Positions 58,097 through 64,000 of a DNA stretch of 64,000 nt are shown one piece after another. The stretch covers positions 8,863-72,862 of the forward strand of contig DATKXU010000060.1 in the NCBI GenBank assembly GCA_035528905.1, given 5' to 3'. Every line of letters begins with the position of its first letter. Position 1 is the stretch's first letter. A model generated the notes under the pieces. The model did not search any database and was not told where the DNA came from. It was given only the letters and a program-made list of their open reading frames with translations. This DNA is from Armatimonadota bacterium (GTDB taxonomy: Bacteria; Armatimonadota; UBA5829; DTJY01). The translations under genes and the position numbers were made by a program.

Positions 58097-58900
58097 ATGA
58101 CGGAGTGGGCCGCTGGACTCAGGGCGCCCCAGGTGGATATATTGCAGAGAGAGACTCCCATACCTTATCTTTCCATAGTCATCCCAGCGTACAATGAAGG
58201 AAAGCGGATCGGCACATCGCTGGATAGGATAGCGGATTACCTTGGCGCGCAGGCGTATACCTACGAGGTATTGGTTGTTGATGATGGCAGCAGGGACGGC
58301 ACTTTCGGAATATGCCGGGCTTTTGCGTCGAAGCACGGGTGGCTCAAAGCTCTCCGCTGTTCCGTGAATCGTGGCAAGGGGCATGCTATCCGCATGGGCG
58401 TCTTAGCTGCAGAGGGAGAGCACATTCTGGTATGCGATGCTGACCTCGCGACGCCCATCGAAGAGATCGCTGGATTCTGGCGGTACTTGGAAGAGGGTGC
58501 AGACATAGTCATCGCATCAAGGCCGCTCCGGGAGTCTCGTCTACTGAAGCGCCAGCCGCCATATAGGGAGTTGGCGGGGCGCATCTTCAATCTCCTCGTG
58601 CGCGCCGTGGCCGTTCGCGGCATACATGATACCCAGTGCGGTTTCAAGCTCATCCGCGGCAAGGCGGCGGGAAGCATATTCCCTCTGTGCTCGTCGAACG
58701 GCTTCAGCTTCGATATCGAGGTTCTCCATGTAGCCCAGAAACTCGGGTTTCGGATCAAGGAGGTGCCTGTGCATTGGTTTCACAGGCAGGGATCGAAGGT
58801 GAAACTCCTCCGCGATGGAGTGCGTATGCTGTTCGATCTGCTGAAGATTTGCGTGCGTCACCGTGGTTTGGCAAAGTGTGGTCGGCATGAGGGCGGATGA
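58097..58900 (+). CDS. Family-2 glycosyltransferase (polyprenol-phosphate sugar transferase-like)
   Basis: LSIVIPAYNE, VVDDGSRDGT, CDADL motifs. Start taken at the internal ATG. Confidence 0.8.
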   Translation: MTEWAAGLRAPQVDILQRETPIPYLSIVIPAYNEGKRIGTSLDRIADYLGAQAYTYEVLVVDDGSRDGTFGICRAFASKHGWLKALRCSVNRGKGHAIRMGVLAAEGEHILVCDADLATPIEEIAGFWRYLEEGADIVIASRPLRESRLLKRQPPYRELAGRIFNLLVRAVAVRGIHDTQCGFKLIRGKAAGSIFPLCSSNGFSFDIEVLHVAQKLGFRIKEVPVHWFHRQGSKVKLLRDGVRMLFDLLKICVRHRGLAKCGRHEGG

Positions 58901-59642
58901 ATTCTCGAAGATGCGGGCGCTTGAGGCGACCCATTGGTGGTTCCAAGGGCGGCGTGCCTTGCTGCGCAGTCTGGTCGAGAGACTGCCTCTTTGGGATGCG
59001 TTGATTCTCGACGCGGGGTGCGGCACCGGATATGCGCGCGGCGAACTGGGCAGGGCTGGGACCGTGATCGGGCTTGATGCCTCGCCTGAAGTCTTCGCTC
59101 AGCAATCCGGCGATCGAGTCATGGGGTGCTTGGGCCTCATCGAGCGGGCTCCTTTCAAGGAGACGGTGTTCGATTTGGTCGTGGCGCTCGACCTGCTGGA
59201 GCACCTGGAGGACGATGAGGGGGCGCTCAGGGAGATCTATCGCGTTTGCAGGCCCGGCGGGCATCTAGTTTTGACCGCTCCCGCCTATCAATGGGTCTGG
59301 AGCCGCCATGACGAGGCCCTGGGCCATTGTCGGCGGTATTCGGCGGCCGATCTGGCAAAGAAAGTGCGTTCGGCAGGCTTCACGATTCGCAGACTGTCCT
59401 ACATGGTAACGGCCGTATTCCCGGCCGCTGCAGCATATCGGCTCATGCGGAGACGGTCACGCGCGGGGAGTGATCTTTTCCGCGTGCCTGAGCCTGTGAA
59501 CGCGTTGCTGGGGGCTTTGATGAGGCTGGAGTCCCGGCTGGTGTGGAATGTGAGCTTGCCATTCGGCCTGAGCGTGTTCTTGGCAGCGCAGAAAGAGCCA
59601 GGCGGGCACGAAGCCGTCCAGAATCGGGAGAGAAGCAGGTGA
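58863..59642 (+). CDS. Class I SAM-dependent methyltransferase
   Basis: ILDAGCGTGY motif I. VVALDLLEH motif. Confidence 0.75.
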   Translation: MVWQSVVGMRADEFSKMRALEATHWWFQGRRALLRSLVERLPLWDALILDAGCGTGYARGELGRAGTVIGLDASPEVFAQQSGDRVMGCLGLIERAPFKETVFDLVVALDLLEHLEDDEGALREIYRVCRPGGHLVLTAPAYQWVWSRHDEALGHCRRYSAADLAKKVRSAGFTIRRLSYMVTAVFPAAAAYRLMRRRSRAGSDLFRVPEPVNALLGALMRLESRLVWNVSLPFGLSVFLAAQKEPGGHEAVQNRERSR

Positions 59643-60499
59643 GCGTAGGTGACATACTAGCTCCAATGGCCGTGGTAGCTGCCTTGGGCCTGATCGTCTA
59701 TGCATTCCTTGTCGAGCCCTACTGGATTCGGCTTTCTGAGGTTGACATTCGCATCGAGGGTCTGCCCGAATCGCTCGACGGTTTCAAGATTTGCCATCTA
59801 TCGGACACGCACACATCCCGGTACGGCAGGCTGGAGAGAAAGCTGAGTAAGCTGCTCTCCGGCATAGAAGCGGATCTGTGCGTCATCACGGGCGATCTGC
59901 TCAATGCGAAAGCTGGAAGGGAAGCACTTCGGCGGGTGCTGAGCTTATTCAACCCCAGGTTCGGTTTTTTTGCCGTGCTTGGTAACGGCGACTACAAGCC
60001 GCAGATACTTCTCCCAGAGTGCGTTGGTGAGTTGGAGCAGTTGGGCATACAGCTCCTGCAAAATAGTTCCGCAACCCTCTTGCCAAATGGCTTGGAAATG
60101 TCTATAATAGGAGTAGAGGATCCTTTTCTAGGGCTGGATGACATAGCCCGTGCGATGTCCGGAGCGGCTGAAGGGGGGTTCAAGCTTCTTCTCGCGCATT
60201 CACCCGATGTTGTGGTGGAGGCAGCCGGCCAGCCGCTGGATTTGATTCTAGCCGGGCACACGCACGGGGGGCAAGTTCGGATCCCCGCGATCGGGGCGTT
60301 TTGGCTGCACTGCCGGTATCGGCTTGGAATATCGGGCGGCTGCTATGGGCCGGAGGTGCTCTCGCGAGCGTTGAAGCGGGATGTGGGAAGGCTGCAGATG
60401 TACGTGAATCGCGGGGTGGCGTCGGGTACGCTAAGCCCGAGATTCATGTGTCCGCCGGAAGTGGCGTTGATTACTTTGCATCGGAGGTTTCGGGCGTAG
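59639..60499 (+). CDS. Metallophosphoesterase (calcineurin-like)
   Basis: ICHLSDTH, GDLLN, GNGDY, LAGHTHGGQ motifs. GTG start overlapping the upstream stop (alternative ATG at 59666). Confidence 0.75.
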   Translation: MSVGDILAPMAVVAALGLIVYAFLVEPYWIRLSEVDIRIEGLPESLDGFKICHLSDTHTSRYGRLERKLSKLLSGIEADLCVITGDLLNAKAGREALRRVLSLFNPRFGFFAVLGNGDYKPQILLPECVGELEQLGIQLLQNSSATLLPNGLEMSIIGVEDPFLGLDDIARAMSGAAEGGFKLLLAHSPDVVVEAAGQPLDLILAGHTHGGQVRIPAIGAFWLHCRYRLGISGGCYGPEVLSRALKRDVGRLQMYVNRGVASGTLSPRFMCPPEVALITLHRRFRA

Positions 60500-60900
60500 C
60501 GCAAATATGGTATATCCAAGATGGAAAACTGGTAATTTCACCAGTTGACATAGATTACGTGGGATGTGAGAATTGGGTTGTAGGCATGTGACAGTTTCCC
60601 ACTAGGTAGTAGAGTAACATCGAGTATTTCATAACACCTGCGGAGGTGACACGCATCCGGTAATTGAATATTGGAAGGAAAGGCAGGTGAGGGCCGATGC
60701 AAGACAGAAGGCGCGTTGACCTGATCTTTCCTCGGAGCGGCCAAGTTCTGCTGATCTATGTGCCCACCTCGATGGTCGAGTGGGTGGCACGGCGCAATCT
60801 TCAAGTGTTATTATCATTATACAAAGCGGACGCTCTGAGCGGTCACGCCGGTAACCCAGGCAGCATGCATCTGTACCCATCTTAATCGAAAACCTCCGTA

Positions 60901-60941
60901 GAGACAGGCCGGGACGAATAATCCCGGCCTGTCTCATTTTG
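60901..60941. terminator. Perfect 14-bp-stem hairpin GAGACAGGCCGGGA(cgaataa)TCCCGGCCTGTCTC followed by ATTTTG
   Basis: Inverted repeat read directly. Could act bidirectionally. Confidence 0.4.
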
Positions 60942-61143
60942 CGCTTGGCGCAGCGTTTGCGGAAGTCTCCTGTTCTCGCCTCCATGTCAGCTCGCGGCCA
61001 CAGCAGCGTGCTTCGATCTCAGTATGCTCTTTCTTGCCCGCGCTGCTCCATGCAGGAATGCGCGCTGACCGTGGTGAAAGCCACTGGGGAAGGCCTCAGT
61101 GGGCATATCGCCGGTGGGCATAGACTCAGAGCAGGAGGAGTTT

Positions 61144-61715
61144 ATGGTGAGTCGCATGAACAGGCGGGAATTCCTGGAGACCGGCGGAAAGGCGGCGTTG
61201 GGAGTCGGACTCGGGATGGCGGTGGCAGACGCCCTTGCGACCCCTACCTATGCCCAGGAGCCCAAAGTCTCGGCGAATGAGAAGATTGTGCTTGGCATTA
61301 TCGGCGTCGGTGGCATGGGCGAAGGGAACATGCAGGGCTTCATGAAGCACTCGCAAGCCGAGGTGGCGGCCGTGTGCGATGTTCATCAGAGCCGCCTGAA
61401 CAGGGCCGCCGACATGGTAGAAAAGAAGTACGGACGGAAGCCGATGGATGTCCAGTCCTAGCGCCGTGAGTATCGAAAGCCCTGGAAGCTCCCGATTTAC
61501 AAGATGACTTGACCCAGGCTGCCGCGTATCATTCCGGCTCTGCCGTGTTGCCAACCAGCGCTGGATCTCGGATGGCGGCGACACGGCAGGTGCACCCTCA
61601 CCTCTGGCGGCATAACCCCCTTCTGCCGAAAACGCCGGAGTATCGCGTTTGGTCGCCTGCAAGCGCTGGGGTATCAAACTGTGACAGAGAAGGCTTCAAA
61701 ATTTACGCTTCTTGA
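61144..61715 (+). pseudogene. Disrupted Gfo/Idh/MocA-family oxidoreductase (Tat signal + Rossmann N-terminus, then stop/frameshift)
   Basis: MNRREFLETGG Tat motif, IIGVGGMGEG Rossmann motif. The frame terminates after 107 aa. A different frame continues with ALEAPDLQDDLTQAAAYHSG..., a degenerate continuation. Confidence 0.45.
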
Positions 61716-61958
61716 CTTGGACAGCTTGTGCTTCTTGCTGGTAGAATGTTATGCGACAGGCGACAGATCGGCTGCTTGTCTTGACGGACGAATTCGGTAA
61801 GGCCTGGCCTTGCCATATTCGTTTGGGAGGCTCTCGCGGTGCCCTGGCGGGCGTCTGATCTCCTGCGGAGAAGCGTGTATGGTTGATATTCCCAGCAGGA
61901 AACGGCCTCTTGGCCGAGAACTCTGGGATTGAGTATCGCCCTCAAAAGGAAGTGCGGC

Positions 61959-64000
61959 ATGTCGGATCCTGACTTTGTACATCTGCACACCCACTCAGAA
62001 TACAGCCTCCTGGATGGGGCATGCCGAATCTCCTCTCTTGCAAACCGCGCGGCTGAGCTGGACATGCCGGCCTTGGCGCTCACCGACCACGGTGTCATGT
62101 ACGGTGTTGTGGACTTCTACGAGCAATGTAAGGAGCGCGGCATCAAGCCGATTATCGGCTGCGAAGTCTATGTCGCACCAAGAGCGCGCACAGGCCGCAA
62201 TCCGAAGCTCGACAACTTCCAGTACCATCTTGTCCTCCTCGCCAAGGACATAACGGGCTACCGAAATCTCCTCAAGCTCGTGAGCAAGGGATTCCTCGAG
62301 GGCTTTTACTACAAGCCGAGGGTAGACCGGGAGCTATTGGCCGAGCACAGAGAGGGCCTCATCGCGCTGACGGCATGCCTCGGCGGCGAGATTCCCGAAT
62401 ATATTCGGGCGGGTCAGCTCGATAAGGCTAGAGAAACCGCCTGCGCCTACCGCGAGATATTCGGCCCTGATAACCTCTACCTCGAACTCCAGGACCACGG
62501 ACTGAGAGACCAGAAGCCGGTGAACGAGTTTCTCGTGCAGTTGTCCGGCGAGCTCGGACTTCCGCTGGTCGCAACGAACGACACGCACTACATGGGCCGG
62601 CAGGATGCCGAGGCGCACCAGGTGCTTCTCTGCATACAAACAGGAACCACAATTGACCAGCCAAAGATCAGCTTCGGCTCGAACGAGTTCTACTTCAAGA
62701 GCCGGCGGGAGATGGCGCAGGTGTTCGCTGACCATCCCGAGGCGCTGGCAAACACTGCAGAGATAGCGTCCAGGTGCAACCTGGAACTGGACTTTTCCAC
62801 CATCTACCTCCCGCAGTTCGAGCCGCCCGGCGGCCTGGGCGCCGAAGCGTACCTGGAGCAGCTTTGCCGCGAAGGCCTTCACCGGCGATACCCCGAAGAG
62901 GGACCAGAGATCAAGCAGAGGCTGGAGTATGAGCTGAGCGTGATCTGCGAGAAAGGGCTTGCAGGCTACTTCCTGATAGTCTCGGACTTCATGTCCTACG
63001 CCAAGAACAGGGGCATCCTGGTCGGTCCGGGACGCGGCTCTGGAGCGGGCAGCCTGGTCTCGTACGTGCTCGGCATAACGAACATCGACCCGCTGAAATA
63101 CGGCCTGCTTTTCGAGCGGTTCCTGACACCGGGGCGCATTACTATGCCGGACTTCGACCTCGATTTCGCGGATACGCGGAGGGAAGAGGTCATCCAGTAT
63201 GTGCGCGCGAAGTACGGCGACGACCGGGTCGCTCAGATAGTCACCTTCGGAACCATGGGCGCGAGAGCGGCGGTCCGTGACTGCGGCCGCGCGCTGAACA
63301 TGCCACTGGCCGAGGTGGACCGGATCGCCAGGATGGTGCCGGAAACCTTGAACATCACGCTGGACGATGCCTTGGAAGCCTCGCCCGAGCTTCAGGACAG
63401 CTGCCGGAAAGACGAAGATGTGCGCAGGCTCATCGACACAGCGAAGGCACTTGAGGGCCTCGCACGGCATTCCTCAGTCCATGCGGCGGGTGTCCTCATA
63501 TCAAAGGATCCGCTCACGGACCATGTCCCGCTTCAACGGCCGAACGAGGGTGGAAGCGCCGTTGCAGGCTTCGACAAGAACATGCTGGAGAAGATCGGCC
63601 TGCTCAAGATAGACTTCCTCGGCCTGCGTACCTTGTCCGTTGTTGATGACTGCATCAAGATGGTGGAGAAAGACCGGGGCGTCAAGATAGACCTGGACGC
63701 CATCGGGTTCGATGACGAGAAGGTGTACCGGACGCTGCAGGCGGGCGAGACAACGGGCGTATTCCAACTTGAAAGCTCCGGCATGCGCCAACTGCTGAAG
63801 GATTTGAAGCCGGAGTGCTTTGAGGACCTCGTTCCCGTGGTCGCGCTTTTCCGCCCGGGTCCGCTCGGCAGCGGAATGGTCAGCGATTTCGTCATGCGGA
63901 AGCGGGGCCGTGCTCCTGTTGCCCACATTCACCCTCGCTGCGCGCATATTCTCGAAGACACGCATGGCGTGCTCCTTTACCAGGAGCAGGTCATGCGGAT
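61959..64000 (+). CDS. dnaE: DNA polymerase III alpha subunit (DnaE), N-terminal ~680 aa; runs off window end
   Basis: MSDPDFVHLHTHSEYSLLDGA (PHP domain), ...GRGSGAGSLVSY..., FDLDF. Open to the last base with no stop. Not in the ORF track because it is incomplete. Confidence 0.93.
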   Translation, partial: MSDPDFVHLHTHSEYSLLDGACRISSLANRAAELDMPALALTDHGVMYGVVDFYEQCKERGIKPIIGCEVYVAPRARTGRNPKLDNFQYHLVLLAKDITGYRNLLKLVSKGFLEGFYYKPRVDRELLAEHREGLIALTACLGGEIPEYIRAGQLDKARETACAYREIFGPDNLYLELQDHGLRDQKPVNEFLVQLSGELGLPLVATNDTHYMGRQDAEAHQVLLCIQTGTTIDQPKISFGSNEFYFKSRREMAQVFADHPEALANTAEIASRCNLELDFSTIYLPQFEPPGGLGAEAYLEQLCREGLHRRYPEEGPEIKQRLEYELSVICEKGLAGYFLIVSDFMSYAKNRGILVGPGRGSGAGSLVSYVLGITNIDPLKYGLLFERFLTPGRITMPDFDLDFADTRREEVIQYVRAKYGDDRVAQIVTFGTMGARAAVRDCGRALNMPLAEVDRIARMVPETLNITLDDALEASPELQDSCRKDEDVRRLIDTAKALEGLARHSSVHAAGVLISKDPLTDHVPLQRPNEGGSAVAGFDKNMLEKIGLLKIDFLGLRTLSVVDDCIKMVEKDRGVKIDLDAIGFDDEKVYRTLQAGETTGVFQLESSGMRQLLKDLKPECFEDLVPVVALFRPGPLGSGMVSDFVMRKRGRAPVAHIHPRCAHILEDTHGVLLYQEQVMR

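Noticed and set aside
60697-60885. 62-aa ORF with RBS-like GGAAGG...AGGTGAG upstream and a hairpin terminator downstream
   Set aside because: No recognisable motif and a GC-rich frame. Retained only as context for the terminator feature.
62334-63470. 378-aa minus-strand ORF
   Set aside because: Antisense to dnaE, whose plus-strand frame is open from 61959 to the window end with unmistakable PolIII-alpha motifs.

Overview
High-GC (~60%) bacterial chromosomal segment, probably from an anaerobe, with three distinct parts. (1) Positions 1-15.7 kb are core genome on the minus strand: a metal-uptake operon (His-rich secreted protein, ABC-3 Zn/Mn-type transporter znuA/C/B-like, feoA, feoB, small Gly/Arg-rich zinc-ribbon protein). 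It is followed by an Fe-S/NifX-like cofactor cluster: J-domain protein, ferredoxin, two Nitro_FeMo-Co/NifX-like proteins, MBL-fold hydrolase, Mrp/NBP35, radical SAM, thioredoxin, hotdog thioesterase, two MinD/ParA-ferredoxin ATPases, Gly/Arg-rich DUF5320-like proteins, PadR regulator. (2) Positions ~16.7-54.8 kb are a ~38-kb integrative island inserted at the 3' end of an initiator-type tRNA-Met gene. The island is bounded by a 14-bp direct repeat (16705-16718 and 54816-54829) and encodes an RHH protein plus a large serine recombinase next to the tRNA; a decayed paralogous recombinase remnant sits just outside the far repeat. Its cargo is dominated by defence-like modules. Three paralogous giant DUF4062(TIR-like?)-STAND NTPase-TPR proteins are present, with a fourth decayed copy. 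Between them lie an AAA+ ATPase with a RyR domain, a Nudix-like-TIR fusion, a TIR-X protein and a 2-TM/RCK channel-like protein. An HNH nuclease and a PLD-SNF2 helicase + gamma-class N6-adenine methyltransferase pair are also present, as is an HTH-ImmA/DUF4411 pair. A lower-GC decayed accessory stretch holds DprA-like SLOG, ChaC/GGCT-like, a TaqI_C remnant and an Mrr_N-like wHTH protein, followed by a DUF3854/AAA_25 primase-helicase. (3) Positions 54.9-64 kb are core again: degP-antisigma-ECF sigma operon, GT2/methyltransferase/metallophosphoesterase genes, a disrupted Gfo/Idh/MocA gene and the 5' two-thirds of dnaE running off the window. Many long ORFs in the six-frame track are antisense artefacts of high GC and in-frame TPR repeats. 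All domain calls are from motif recognition by eye; no database search was run.
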